This document shows, one piece after another, positions 8,271 to 18,368 of a DNA stretch of 39,499 nucleotides. The notes beneath the pieces are model-generated. The model had not been told where the DNA came from. It worked only from the letters and a program-made list of their open reading frames with translations, and made no database searches. Source of the DNA: a virus (lineage: Duplodnaviria > Caudoviricetes); the IMG/VR virus record IMGVR_UViG_3300011439_000009, positions 1 to 39,499 of that record; one strand, 5' to 3'. Position numbers and translations under genes: made by a program. The number at the start of each line of letters is the position of its first letter. Position 1 is the first letter of the stretch.

Positions 8271-10367
8271 TTACGCGATCCCCTGCGCTCTGCCGATTTC
8301 CTCCAGCACGTTGCCAGCGCGGCCAATGAAGGTGAAACGATCCACCGCGCCAGCGGTCGCGGTAATCACTGGCACACTCGCACCCGCGAACTTGAAGTTC
8401 GCCGCTGTCCACGCCACCGTGCTAGCGGCGTTCTGTTGAATGCGGATGGTGTAGACGCGCCCGGTGACAACGTTGGTCGGTGCGGCCATCGTGGCGTTGC
8501 CCGCGAGCAAGAGCGTGCAGACCGGATTCACCAGCACGTCCCACGCGACCGATGCGGCGTAGGTTAGCGCGTTCTCGGTGTAACCAGCCGCCCGCGTAAA
8601 CGTCATCGCGTTGTCGGTGCGGCCCAACGACCACGCAAAACCGGGGGTCGTTGCGGCCCAATTATACAAACCAAGATCGAACACCGCGCCGCCGATTAAT
8701 CCGTTCACATGCCCCATTGTGAAATCGTTTGCGCCGTTCCTGCCCCACGATGTGTTTGCGCCCCCCGTGGAACCGCCCATCGCAACGACACTGGCAACAC
8801 CGGACCCAGTGCCGCCCGGACCAAACAAAGCGTTGCCGGTGCTGCTTATTGTTCCGGTCACAGAAAGATTGCCGGGATTTATGGTCAAGTTGCCGGTCAT
8901 TGCGTCGCCGGTCTTGCTTACTTTCAGGGCCAGACCCGACGTCAGATCGGCGGCAGAAGCCGCGCCGATGTTGGAACGCGCCGTCGCCGGATTGGTGATC
9001 TCGCTCAGGTTGTTCGCGCCGACCATGTCGCCGGAACCGGCACCGGCTGCGCCAGTGTCGCCGGATCGTGCGAATGTGATCTGCACCGCCTCACCATCAA
9101 GGAAGCCGGTGGTTCCAGCGACAAAAAACACCGGGACCGTTCCCCATGTCCCGTTGTCGGTGATGTTGCCGTTGACGCGATAGCTCAGAAACCGCGCTGG
9201 CGTGACCAGCGACTGCACCGTGATCGAGCCGCGATTGCTCGTTGTCGTGCTGTCGTCCCAGCTCGCAAGCACGGCGGCGACGTCCTGCGCCAGCGACGTC
9301 ATCTCACTGATCATAAACGTCGTCGCCAGCGTCGGGTTTGCGTTGTTGGTCTTGACGCCGCCCATCGTGGGATCGGTCGCCGTGGTGTCGGTGCGCCAAA
9401 TGTACCGAGCGCCGCTCGACAATCCGTCAATGCCGTTGGTGCCGTTGGTGCCGTTGGTGCCGGGTATCCCCTGATCACCCTTGTCGCCTGTCCTGTAGAA
9501 CTCGACCTGACAGTTGGCAACGTCCGGCAGCGTGGTGCCGATTGGATTACTCAGCGGGAACGTCGTGAATGCGCCGCCATCGACCAAAGGCCCGCTGATC
9601 GTCGCGATCACGAACTTGGCCGGGTTGCCGGGGCTGTAGACCCGCACCTTGCCGCGATTGGCTGTCGTGGTGCTGTCGTCCCATGACGCGATTTCAGCCG
9701 ACAGGTTGACGCTGTTGCGGTCGAGATCATTGATCCGCAGCGACGTGATCGAGGCGATGGCCGCGTTATTGAAGCCGACGTTGCCCGCGCCGGGATCGCC
9801 GCTCAGTCCGGCGACGAACCGATAGTTCAGGCCGCCAGAGGTGCCGTCAGCGCCGGGAGCGCCCGCGCCCGGCAGCGTCGATGGCACGATTACCCAATCG
9901 GATGGAGTGCCGGAGCCGCCGGTCGCCAGCACGTTGATGGTCAGCGTGGTGCCGCTATACGCCGTCACCTGACCGATCATGTAGTTGGTGATGACCGACG
10001 CGCTGAACGCCTGCACGAACATGCCGGGCAACCAATCCTTGCCCGACTGCGTGGTGAAGGTCTTGCTGCCTGCGCCGATCAGGTTTGGCGTGGTTGAGGC
10101 TCCCCACCACAGCGCCTGCCCCAGACCGGCCAGCGTCATGCGGTTGTAGACGTCGGTGACCGGATCGTGGACCCAGATTTCCTTGGTGGACGGATCGAGC
10201 AGGACGCCGGGCGCGATCAGCTGCAGATCGTCCCACGACGGCTCGATAGTCCAGACGCCGTTCTCTTTGCTGATGCCGATGCCACCGGCACCGACCATCG
10301 TCGCCGGAATTTTCGGGATGACGCGAACCGAGATATTCGGTCGGCTGGATGGAAAGATTGCGTTCAT
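8271..10367 (-). CDS. Tail fibre protein with a duplicated domain and collagen-like linkers
   Basis: G/T/A-rich; G-X-Y stretches (GDKGDQGIPGTNGTNGTNG); two SWDDSTTT.NRG domains; NNLSEI...ARSNIG fibre motif. Confidence 0.8.
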   Translation of the reverse strand: MNAIFPSSRPNISVRVIPKIPATMVGAGGIGISKENGVWTIEPSWDDLQLIAPGVLLDPSTKEIWVHDPVTDVYNRMTLAGLGQALWWGASTTPNLIGAGSKTFTTQSGKDWLPGMFVQAFSASVITNYMIGQVTAYSGTTLTINVLATGGSGTPSDWVIVPSTLPGAGAPGADGTSGGLNYRFVAGLSGDPGAGNVGFNNAAIASITSLRINDLDRNSVNLSAEIASWDDSTTTANRGKVRVYSPGNPAKFVIATISGPLVDGGAFTTFPLSNPIGTTLPDVANCQVEFYRTGDKGDQGIPGTNGTNGTNGIDGLSSGARYIWRTDTTATDPTMGGVKTNNANPTLATTFMISEMTSLAQDVAAVLASWDDSTTTSNRGSITVQSLVTPARFLSYRVNGNITDNGTWGTVPVFFVAGTTGFLDGEAVQITFARSGDTGAAGAGSGDMVGANNLSEITNPATARSNIGAASAADLTSGLALKVSKTGDAMTGNLTINPGNLSVTGTISSTGNALFGPGGTGSGVASVVAMGGSTGGANTSWGRNGANDFTMGHVNGLIGGAVFDLGLYNWAATTPGFAWSLGRTDNAMTFTRAAGYTENALTYAASVAWDVLVNPVCTLLLAGNATMAAPTNVVTGRVYTIRIQQNAASTVAWTAANFKFAGASVPVITATAGAVDRFTFIGRAGNVLEEIGRAQGIA

Positions 10368-10741
10368 AGCGTCACCACACCTTCTCGGATCGGGACCGTT
10401 CCCAATATGAGGCTTTCGGTTTCACCGTCTTTCTCGATGATGATCTCGACATTGTAGACGCCGCCCATCACGCCGCGCATCTCGCTCTTCGTGAACTCGA
10501 ATGCGAACACGCCGGTCTGAACGTGCTGCACCTTGCCGTTCGTCAACGTCGCCGTCAGCAGCGGCGTCGAATAGCTCTGGTTGCCGTAGCCGCCGTAGTC
10601 GGCCTGCTGCTGCGGCGCGACCTGAACCGCGATCTCGGTTGCGGTGCTGATGTCAATCGGCTCGCCGTCCTCGCCGAGCAGCTCGACGCTGTCCGACCAA
10701 GACGCCCGGTTGCTTCGCACCGCCAGTGTGCCGTCGTACAT
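10364..10741 (-). CDS. Small virion adaptor protein (BppU N-terminal-like)
   Basis: GEPIDIS...GVYNVEI...GTVPIREGV pattern; lies among the fibre genes. Confidence 0.55.
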   Translation of the reverse strand: MYDGTLAVRSNRASWSDSVELLGEDGEPIDISTATEIAVQVAPQQQADYGGYGNQSYSTPLLTATLTNGKVQHVQTGVFAFEFTKSEMRGVMGGVYNVEIIIEKDGETESLILGTVPIREGVVTL

Positions 10742-10748
10742 GACGCCC

Positions 10749-11777
10749 TCACAATCGGAAATACACCGTCACCAGCCGGGTTGGCTGCGTGGTGTTGAAT
10801 GGCACACCGCTGCCCTTGTTTGCCTCCGAGATCGTGCCGCTGCCGCTGCCGCTGAACGAGCCGCTGGAGGAGCCGCTCGCGCCAATCGCCGGGATGCTGA
10901 CAGCGGTGCTGCCGCCCTGAACGTATTGGCCGCCGCCGCCGAAATTGCCAATCGCCGCCCCCAGCTGAAATCCGAACGAGCCGGTGTTGGCTGGAACGGT
11001 GACGGATGCGGAGCCGCTGTAGCCGCCGGAGACGCTGATCGATGTGATGGCGACGTCATGCTTGTGGATCGGCATGTTGGACAGCCCAATGGGCGATGCC
11101 TCAAGGCCGCCAAGCGCCTGCCCCAAGATGTCCCAATTCGCCGCCGCCAGACGGTTGGCTCTCGCGCTGCCCATGCCGTCCAAGCCGCCGATGATCATGC
11201 CACGGAAATCCGGCGTCTCGATCTGCTTGTTGGCCGTCCAATCTGCGATGGCTGTCGCGCCGCGCGACGGCAGCACCGTCAGCAGCGGATCGTTGTTCCA
11301 GAAATACTGAAACAGCGCCTGCGCGGTGGCGTCGGCCAGCTCGGTCGCGCCCGACGTCGCGCTGCCGATGGTCCTCGCGTTGCCGCGAACGTACCCAGAC
11401 AGCGGCCCGGTGCCGTATTTAATCTTCATGTCCCCGGTGCCGTACAGCCGGGTGACGTCGGTGGTGTCAACGCCGCCGCCGCCGCCGGACGATCCGATCA
11501 CCGGCACGTTGTCGTAGTCGAACTGCGCCACGCCTTCCTTGTTGGTCAGGATCAGCCGCACCACGCCGTCGGCATAGAACATCTGCGGCACCCGCCCCGA
11601 CGCATCCAGCGTCAGCGGGTTTGGATATTCCGTCCCCGCCGTCAGCGCGGCGGTGCGGAATGCGTTCTGCGGGTTGAGGGTGCCAGCCTGAAACGAATAC
11701 AGCAGGCCGCCAACCAGCGGCTCATGCGTCAGGTTGTTCCACTGTTGCTGCAGGCAGATTGATGTCGTTCCAGACAT
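10749..11777 (-). CDS. Tail fibre/spike protein with virion-anchoring N-terminus and collar-like domain
   Basis: GGLLYSFQAGT...NPLTLDASGR N-terminus; GDMK...NARTIG...PDFRG...GG collar motif; FNTTQP C-terminus. Confidence 0.75.
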   Translation of the reverse strand: MSGTTSICLQQQWNNLTHEPLVGGLLYSFQAGTLNPQNAFRTAALTAGTEYPNPLTLDASGRVPQMFYADGVVRLILTNKEGVAQFDYDNVPVIGSSGGGGGVDTTDVTRLYGTGDMKIKYGTGPLSGYVRGNARTIGSATSGATELADATAQALFQYFWNNDPLLTVLPSRGATAIADWTANKQIETPDFRGMIIGGLDGMGSARANRLAAANWDILGQALGGLEASPIGLSNMPIHKHDVAITSISVSGGYSGSASVTVPANTGSFGFQLGAAIGNFGGGGQYVQGGSTAVSIPAIGASGSSSGSFSGSGSGTISEANKGSGVPFNTTQPTRLVTVYFRL

Positions 11778-11779
11778 GA

Positions 11780-14380
11780 TCAGTCCCCAATGCTTCTGCC
11801 GACTTGCGCCCCGGCGGCTTTAGACCCCGCGTTCTCCGCCATCGTGCGAAGCACATTCATAATACGCGCATCGCCTGCCGCCGCCTGCACCGCGCGTTGG
11901 ATGATCGCGGGATCGTTCGACACCAGCTGCCGCGCCAGATGCTCTGCCATCCTTCGATCTGCGAACTTTCGTGCGCCCAACACGCCGCCAGCATACAGCG
12001 CCGCGCCGCCCGGCGTGGTCGGATCGAAATACGACGTGTTGCCGGTCATCATCGAGATCGGAACGCCGCCGCCACCCAGCACTCCGGCTGCGATCAGCTG
12101 CTGCGCCGTCGAGCTGTTGCCGCGCACCGCATTCCGCAGTCTCTCCATCAGGTTCTCGGCGTGATGCATCGCCTCAAATTCGCGGATCAATCCCTGATCA
12201 CCATTGAACAGCACCCGCAGCTTGGCCTGCGCGTCTGGGCTGGCGTTCATCTTTTTCCACAGGTCGTGGCTGTCGTTCTTCTGCCCCATCTTGTCGAGCA
12301 GCTGGCTCAACGCCGAGCGGCGGAATGCATCCTGCGCGTCCGGCGACATGCCGCGCATGGCGTTCATCGCCATCTGCGGCGTGAACAAGTTGCTCTTGAT
12401 GAACCGCTGCCCCTCTTCGATGGCGCGGGTGACGCCAAAATATGCTTCCGATGTCGCTCGCGCCGTCGCGTAGGGGCCTTGCGGGCCTCCGGTGACGTTG
12501 TCCAGCTCGTTGAGCAGAACACGCTTCAGCCCGGTCAGCGCATTGACGTCGCCAGCGCCACCCGGCGTGGCCCGCGCTGCCGTGATCTGATTGTCGATGA
12601 TCCGCTTGGTGGCATCCCAGAACTCGAGACTGTCAACGCCCGGCGTCACACGCCCCTCGACGGCGGCGCGATCTCCGATCTCGCGCAGCGCCCGTTGCCC
12701 GGCATCGTTCAGCCGCTGATGACCCTGCAGCAGCTGCAGCAGTCGCGGCGACACCACGCCGCGCGAGAACTGCTGCATCACTCCCTGATACAGCGGTGTC
12801 GTGGTCTGCGCCTGCTCCGCGCGAACCGCCAGCTTCGCCATCTCGTTGTCGCCGAGCGGCCCGACCCTGTTCTCCAGCATCGCCACCAGACGCGGGAATT
12901 GTCCACGCGCCCGATCCTCGACGGCACCCTGCATGATGTCGGCGGCGACCGGCGAGATGTTCTTGGTCGAACGCGCCAGCACCCGGCCCGGCTCGCCGAG
13001 AATGTCGGCGACCATCGTGTCCGGCGTCATCTGGCCCGGCAGCACCCGGCTTTGCGGCGAGGTGCGAGCGGCCTCCATCGCCGTCCGCGCGATGGTGTTT
13101 TCGGCCTGCTTGGCTGGCGAAAAAATCCCGTGGACGGCGCGACCGATATAGTCGGCAATCGTCGGAGCCACCCCCGCCACCGCCGCGCCGATCCCGGCCC
13201 CTCCGGCTGTGCCAATCGCCGCCGGGCCGACCCGCTGCGAGATGTCGCCCTCCGCCGATCCCGCGCCACTCAGGCCGCCCGCAAGGCCGCCCTGCAGGGC
13301 GCTGGAGCCGACGCGAGCTGCCGTGGTGCGTCCGGCGCTGGTCAGCGGCCCGCCGGGCAACGGTACAGCGACACCGCCAGCCAGCTCGCCGCCCAGCACG
13401 GTGCCGGGGTAGTGCTGCTTGGCCTCCGCCAGCACCCGCCGCGCCTCGGCGACGGCCTTGTTGTAGGCCTCCGCCGTCACGGCATTGGGGTCTTTCGTGT
13501 AGGAACCCCACGCCAGCTTCGCCAGATCGAGCGCCGAGCCGCCGCCGGGGATGGTCGCCAGACCGGCGGCGAGGCCGCGCAGCTCGTCGGACCAGCCGAA
13601 CGATATGCCCTGCTCGACGCCGGTCGCGAACGCCTCGCCCTGCGACATGGGCGGCTTCACGTCCGGCGGCAGCGTCGGCTTCGGCACCACGTTGCTCTGC
13701 GGCGGCGGCGCGTCGGTCGCGAACGGATTGCCGGGCGTGATCTTGTTCGACGCCAGCGCCACCATGCCGGTCAGCGCACTCGCGTCGTCAGGCGAAATCG
13801 TGGGCGGCGCGGCAGAACGGGCAGCAGCGCCGCCCCGACTTGCCGGAGGGGACGAGGAACCCCCGCGCGGCTCATCCGGTGAGTAGAAGAGATGCCCGCC
13901 GATGTTGGCGAGCGGAGCGCCCTGCGCCCACGACGGGGCGTTGCGGCCCAGCGAAGCCTGCGCCCTCGGCGCGTAGAAATGCGTTGCGCCCTGCGTGGTG
14001 TCCTTCACCGAGCCGCTGAGAACGCTGTCCACGATCTGCGCGATGGATTGATAATTCGGATCGTCCTCGCGCAGCCCCAGCATCCGCGCCCGCGCGTCGG
14101 GACGATGCCACGGCTCGAATGCCCACGGCTTCTTGATCACGCCCTCCGCGCCCTGACCATACTTGCCGGACGTGATGCGGTTGCGGATCACGTTGGCGAC
14201 GGCGGCGCGGCCCGCCTCGTCCTTGTCTGCCGCCTCGCCGAAGATGGTGCGGATCACAAGGTCACGCGCTCGCGGGTCGATCTCAATTGGATCGGCGAAC
14301 ACGCTCGGCCCGACGACGTCGGCGAACGGATTGACGTCCGCTGTCGGCGACGGGACTGTGATGCGAAGCGGCTCGGCCAT
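11780..14380 (-). CDS. Large DNA ejection (internal virion) protein with N-terminal SleB/Hydrolase_2 cell-wall hydrolase domain
   Basis: RTIFGEA...AVANVIRNR...AFEPW...DTTQGATHFY...IGGHLFY motif; the rest is Ala/Gly-rich and helical; third of three ejection-type genes. Confidence 0.8.
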   Translation of the reverse strand: MAEPLRITVPSPTADVNPFADVVGPSVFADPIEIDPRARDLVIRTIFGEAADKDEAGRAAVANVIRNRITSGKYGQGAEGVIKKPWAFEPWHRPDARARMLGLREDDPNYQSIAQIVDSVLSGSVKDTTQGATHFYAPRAQASLGRNAPSWAQGAPLANIGGHLFYSPDEPRGGSSSPPASRGGAAARSAAPPTISPDDASALTGMVALASNKITPGNPFATDAPPPQSNVVPKPTLPPDVKPPMSQGEAFATGVEQGISFGWSDELRGLAAGLATIPGGGSALDLAKLAWGSYTKDPNAVTAEAYNKAVAEARRVLAEAKQHYPGTVLGGELAGGVAVPLPGGPLTSAGRTTAARVGSSALQGGLAGGLSGAGSAEGDISQRVGPAAIGTAGGAGIGAAVAGVAPTIADYIGRAVHGIFSPAKQAENTIARTAMEAARTSPQSRVLPGQMTPDTMVADILGEPGRVLARSTKNISPVAADIMQGAVEDRARGQFPRLVAMLENRVGPLGDNEMAKLAVRAEQAQTTTPLYQGVMQQFSRGVVSPRLLQLLQGHQRLNDAGQRALREIGDRAAVEGRVTPGVDSLEFWDATKRIIDNQITAARATPGGAGDVNALTGLKRVLLNELDNVTGGPQGPYATARATSEAYFGVTRAIEEGQRFIKSNLFTPQMAMNAMRGMSPDAQDAFRRSALSQLLDKMGQKNDSHDLWKKMNASPDAQAKLRVLFNGDQGLIREFEAMHHAENLMERLRNAVRGNSSTAQQLIAAGVLGGGGVPISMMTGNTSYFDPTTPGGAALYAGGVLGARKFADRRMAEHLARQLVSNDPAIIQRAVQAAAGDARIMNVLRTMAENAGSKAAGAQVGRSIGD

Positions 14381-14381
14381 T

Positions 14382-15524
14382 TCAGTCTACCGGCGTGTTG
14401 TCGGTGTAATTCGGGTCCATGTACTGACCCCTGCGCTGCGCGTTGGCGTATTTCTGATTGAACATGATGCGGCGTCGAACCAACGCGGCGGCGTCCTTGA
14501 AAATTCTCTCCCTGACGTCAGCCGCCTGACCGACCGATCCCTGCACTTGCAGCAGGATGGCTCGCTCGCCTTCGGTCGGGTTGCCGCCGAAGGTGGCGCG
14601 GAGCTGCTCCAATGCGCCGCCCGTGATCTTGTTCTGCAGCACCACGGTGTCGGCACCGGCCTTCTTGCCGCCGACGCCGGTCAGCGCCGCGACCTGACCG
14701 CGCTTCTCCGCGAACGGCCCGTGGAACGCCGACCTGTTCAGCTCCAGCATCTCGCCGATTGTGGTCAGCGTGTTGCGGCCCGATTGGATCGCGTCGTCGG
14801 CTTTCTTTAATTCAGGATTGTCGATGCTGGACTGCTCCTTGACCCGGTTCTTGATCCACTCCTGCCGCTGCGAGTAGGACAGGCCCGGCGGCGGCTGCAG
14901 GATCGGCGCTGCCGTCGAGGTCGGTCGCGTGGAGGCTGGCGCTGCCGGTGCCGTGGGCGGCGCAGGCGGCTGCTCGCGCGGATCGGCTTGGCCACCGCCG
15001 CCGAGATAACGCTGCGCCGAGCCTGCGCCGTACACCTCGTCGAACATCCACGCCTTGCTGGGATCGGCCTGCAGGATTTGCAGATGAGCGGGCGTTGGCT
15101 GCTTGCCGACGCCCCCATTGACCGGCGCTGGCGCTGCGGCTCCGGCTCGCGAGTACACACCCGTCTCGACGTCGGTCGTTCCCCTGAGCTGACCGTCCGG
15201 CCCGATATGAAAAATCTTTCCCTCGGCTTGGATGTTGGTGCTTTTGTCCTTCGCAATATCGACGTGCTGTTGCTGAATGCCGAGCGACTGCTTGCGATAG
15301 TCCTGCAGCCCCTTCAGCTCCTCCATCTTCAGGAACTGCGCCGCCAGCCCCGGATTGGTGCGGTACATCGCCGTCGCCGCCGCGCGATAGTCGATGCTGC
15401 CATCCGGTGTGCGCGGAAGGTTCTGCAGCGCCTCACCAGTGCGATAGTCCCTGATGCCGCCAGAGATCGCATCGACAGTGCTGTCGATAGAACCGGCGAT
15501 GCTGGGTGGACCGTATTGCGCCAT
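14382..15524 (-). CDS. DNA ejection/transfer protein (P22 gp20-like position)
   Basis: Synteny; C-terminal LRATFGGNPTEGER motif of a type seen in podophage ejection proteins. Confidence 0.6.
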   Translation of the reverse strand: MAQYGPPSIAGSIDSTVDAISGGIRDYRTGEALQNLPRTPDGSIDYRAAATAMYRTNPGLAAQFLKMEELKGLQDYRKQSLGIQQQHVDIAKDKSTNIQAEGKIFHIGPDGQLRGTTDVETGVYSRAGAAAPAPVNGGVGKQPTPAHLQILQADPSKAWMFDEVYGAGSAQRYLGGGGQADPREQPPAPPTAPAAPASTRPTSTAAPILQPPPGLSYSQRQEWIKNRVKEQSSIDNPELKKADDAIQSGRNTLTTIGEMLELNRSAFHGPFAEKRGQVAALTGVGGKKAGADTVVLQNKITGGALEQLRATFGGNPTEGERAILLQVQGSVGQAADVRERIFKDAAALVRRRIMFNQKYANAQRRGQYMDPNYTDNTPVD

Positions 15525-15531
15525 GTTTCAC

Positions 15532-16422
15532 CTAGCCGTATGTCGGGCCGAACCCAGCCCTCGTTGGATCGCCGCTATAAATTGTGCCGCCGAACAGCCC
15601 TCCGCCCTGCCCCGGTGTGGTGGTCGATCCGCCAAGGCCCAGACTGGGCATCCCGGTCGCCGCGCTCGCCGCCAGCTTGACGCCGCCCATGATGGCGTCG
15701 AAGGCGTTCTTCGACGCTGCGCTTCTGGCATTCTGCGCGTCGATGATGCCCTGCGAGTTTGCGTTCGCGGTGCCGGTCTGGTACTGCGCCAGCGTCTTGG
15801 CGAGATCGGTTTCGAGGCCGGATTGCAGCCCAGCGTACTGACCCTTCTGCGCCTCGTAGCCGCCCTTCTGCGCCTCCAAGCCGCTTCTCGCGACGTCGTA
15901 GCCACCCTGCGCTCCCGCAATCTGCGGCGCGAGCGAGAGGAACGGCTTCAGACCCTCGGCGTACTGCTGCCACTTGGTGTCGGCGATGTTCGCGCCACGG
16001 TCGAACACGCTCTGCATCGCATTGCCGGATGTCAGCATGCCCATCGAGGCGGCGTTGCGCTTCGCCTGCTCCGCTCCCTCGTCCTGCGAGAACTGGTAGC
16101 CGGGCTGCGCCCGCACCGCTGCGGTCGGATCGCCGCCGCCGATACCATAGAGCTGCGCGTAGGCATCGAACCCCTGACCAGCCGTGCTGGCGAGCGGATC
16201 AAATCTGGCCGACGCCTCCGTGAGAGGTTGCTTGGCGGTGTCGAGGTAGCCCTTCGCGGTGTCGAGGTAGCCGGGAATTTGATCGAGATACTGCGAGGCT
16301 TCGCCGTAGCCGCCCTGCAGCGTCCCGGTGGCTTGGTTCAGACCGGCCTGCCGACCAGCCGCAGCTTGGTAATACGGCGCTGCGGCCTTGCTACCGCTAA
16401 ACAGATCGCTGAACAGTCCCAT
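15532..16422 (-). CDS. DNA ejection/transfer protein (P22 gp7-like)
   Basis: MGLFSDLFSG N-terminus; PGYQF...G...RNAASMGMLTSG motif; Gly/Ala/Gln-rich. Confidence 0.7.
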   Translation of the reverse strand: MGLFSDLFSGSKAAAPYYQAAAGRQAGLNQATGTLQGGYGEASQYLDQIPGYLDTAKGYLDTAKQPLTEASARFDPLASTAGQGFDAYAQLYGIGGGDPTAAVRAQPGYQFSQDEGAEQAKRNAASMGMLTSGNAMQSVFDRGANIADTKWQQYAEGLKPFLSLAPQIAGAQGGYDVARSGLEAQKGGYEAQKGQYAGLQSGLETDLAKTLAQYQTGTANANSQGIIDAQNARSAASKNAFDAIMGGVKLAASAATGMPSLGLGGSTTTPGQGGGLFGGTIYSGDPTRAGFGPTYG

Positions 16423-16431
16423 GACAATCCC

Positions 16432-16581
16432 CTACGGTATCTCTGCGCGAACCCGGCGCATGCTTTGATCGAGCGCCCTGAAATACTCAAACCACACCTT
16501 CGTCATCAGCCCGGTCGCCGGGTCGATCAGCGGCACTTGCGGCGGCGGCATGGGCGGGATGATCGGTGACGTCGTCGGCAT
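16432..16581 (-). CDS. 49-aa small virion protein following the gp10-like gene
   Basis: MPTTSPIIPPMPPPQVPLIDPATGLMTKVWFEYFRALDQ...; TGATG coupling; fills the gap in the operon. Confidence 0.7.
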   Translation of the reverse strand: MPTTSPIIPPMPPPQVPLIDPATGLMTKVWFEYFRALDQSMRRVRAEIP

Positions 16582-17999
16582 CACGCCACCGCCCTTCGGC
16601 TGATCTTCGGCATGTCGCCGCCACGGAACGAGACGTAGACCGGGTCCGACACCCGCACCTTCCAGATGCGCCCGTAGGGGCCGGTCGAGCCGGTTAGATG
16701 CACCCGCGCCGACATGGGTGTCGCCACCGCCTGCCGGTTCAGCTCGGCGATGCGGAACGGCACGAACGACAATCCGCCGTCGTCACTCCACGCGATGTTG
16801 ACGCGCGGCCTGCGCTGGATCGGATCGAGGCCCAGCGCCTGACCTTGCCCCGGCACGAAATTGAAATACGCCGGGCCGATCACGGCGCGATACGGGAACG
16901 GCTCGGGCCGCTTGCTCCAGCATTCCCAGATCAGCGGCTTGGTGTATTCGGTAAAATCCAGCGCGTTGATCTTGCCGACGTTGCCGGTGTCCTTGTCGCC
17001 GACAATCCAGAACCCGTAGGCCGACAGCGCCTGCAACGTGCGCGAGGTGTCGGACAGGTACGACTTGCGCTCGACCCAGCACTGCGTGGTGAGGTCGTAC
17101 AGCCAGCACCACGCCGGGCAGCGCACCTTGACCATCATGTGGCCTTCGCTGACGAACGACGTCATCTCGATGGTGGTCTTGTCGGCGACTGCGGCGATGT
17201 CGCGCTCGACGTCCGGCGTCGAGATGCGCTCCGGCGTGTAGCCGTTGATCCGCATCACCTGATCGTTTCTCGACACGATGATCAGGCCGAGATCGATGCC
17301 ATTCTCCGTCCCCGTCACGCAGTCCGGCCCGGCGATGCCGCGCGGGATCACGGTCACCCGGTTCAAGGGGAATAGCGACGGATTGATCGGCTTGCCCCAC
17401 ACCTCGATGCTGTCGGGACCGAGAAGGTAGAGCTGGTCGTTGAAATACAGGCAGCGCAGCAGGCCGTCCGGCTTCGCCTCCGCCGTCACGAAATGCGCCG
17501 GGTCGATGGTGGTGACGTTGATGCCGGACGAGTAGCAGCGCCCGGCTCCGGTGACGAAGAAGAAGAACCCGATGCCGAAGCAGACATCGACCACGGTGCC
17601 GGGCAGATCGACATCCGGGTAGGCGCTGACCGATGAAATCGTAAAGACGAACGCGCCGCCCGGCGGTGCCACCACCACCTGATCAGGCACGGCGTTCTGG
17701 TTGAATGCAAACCGCACCTTGCCGGTGCCGGGCAACGTGCCGACCAGCTGCATCACGCCGCCAGCCGAGCTGTCGATCCGGCTCAGGATTTCGGTGTGCG
17801 CGATGTAGACGATGTTGTCGCGCGAGATCGCCATGCCGCGAAAGTTGACGTTCACCGACGTCGCCCACTCCGTCACGCCGGGTTGCCTGATCCACTTGAT
17901 CAGGTCGCCGGTCTTTTCGACCATCGCGTTGATCAGGCGACCGTCGCCCTCCTGCGGCACGGTGCCGGGATTGGATGAGGTTGGGAAATCGATCTTCAT
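16581..17999 (-). CDS. Packaged DNA stabilization / tail hub protein (P22 gp10-like)
   Basis: AEAKPDGL, SIEVW, ISTPDVE, WLYDLTTQCWVER and WSDDGG motifs; beta-rich; synteny. Confidence 0.85.
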   Translation of the reverse strand: MKIDFPTSSNPGTVPQEGDGRLINAMVEKTGDLIKWIRQPGVTEWATSVNVNFRGMAISRDNIVYIAHTEILSRIDSSAGGVMQLVGTLPGTGKVRFAFNQNAVPDQVVVAPPGGAFVFTISSVSAYPDVDLPGTVVDVCFGIGFFFFVTGAGRCYSSGINVTTIDPAHFVTAEAKPDGLLRCLYFNDQLYLLGPDSIEVWGKPINPSLFPLNRVTVIPRGIAGPDCVTGTENGIDLGLIIVSRNDQVMRINGYTPERISTPDVERDIAAVADKTTIEMTSFVSEGHMMVKVRCPAWCWLYDLTTQCWVERKSYLSDTSRTLQALSAYGFWIVGDKDTGNVGKINALDFTEYTKPLIWECWSKRPEPFPYRAVIGPAYFNFVPGQGQALGLDPIQRRPRVNIAWSDDGGLSFVPFRIAELNRQAVATPMSARVHLTGSTGPYGRIWKVRVSDPVYVSFRGGDMPKISRRAVA

Positions 18000-18367
18000 C
18001 AGAAATAATCCGGCTGCACCGGAGCGCCGACCGGAGCTGCGCGGCTGATCGATCGCAGCCGGTTCTCCGGCGAGAACGGATGCGCCTCCGGCCCGAACAT
18101 CCGTTCCATCTCTTCCACCGTCACGCTGAACCGCGAACCGAGATGACGCGCCACCACCTGACCCAGCGGCACGATCTGCTCGACCGGAATTTGATCGGTG
18201 TTCGACACCGTGACGATGTTGCGCGACGACAGCTCCATCAGGATGCCGTCGAGCCGCTCGTTGACGGCGGCGTGTTCTTCAGCCGACGGCGGCGTCCCAT
18301 AGGACGTCACCTTCAGCTCGTCGAGACAGGATCGGATCAGATCGTCGCGCGTCCCGTATGTCGCCAC
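17999..18367 (-). CDS. Head-tail adaptor (P22 gp4-like)
   Basis: T..DLI...L..L.V...G..PSAEE pattern ending in DYF; synteny before gp10. Confidence 0.7.
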   Translation of the reverse strand: MATYGTRDDLIRSCLDELKVTSYGTPPSAEEHAAVNERLDGILMELSSRNIVTVSNTDQIPVEQIVPLGQVVARHLGSRFSVTVEEMERMFGPEAHPFSPENRLRSISRAAPVGAPVQPDYF

Positions 18368-18368
18368 G

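Noticed and set aside
5424-11777. Diversity-generating retroelement or invertible tail-fibre switch
   Set aside because: No reverse transcriptase or invertase gene, and no TR/VR pair or inverted crossover sites seen.
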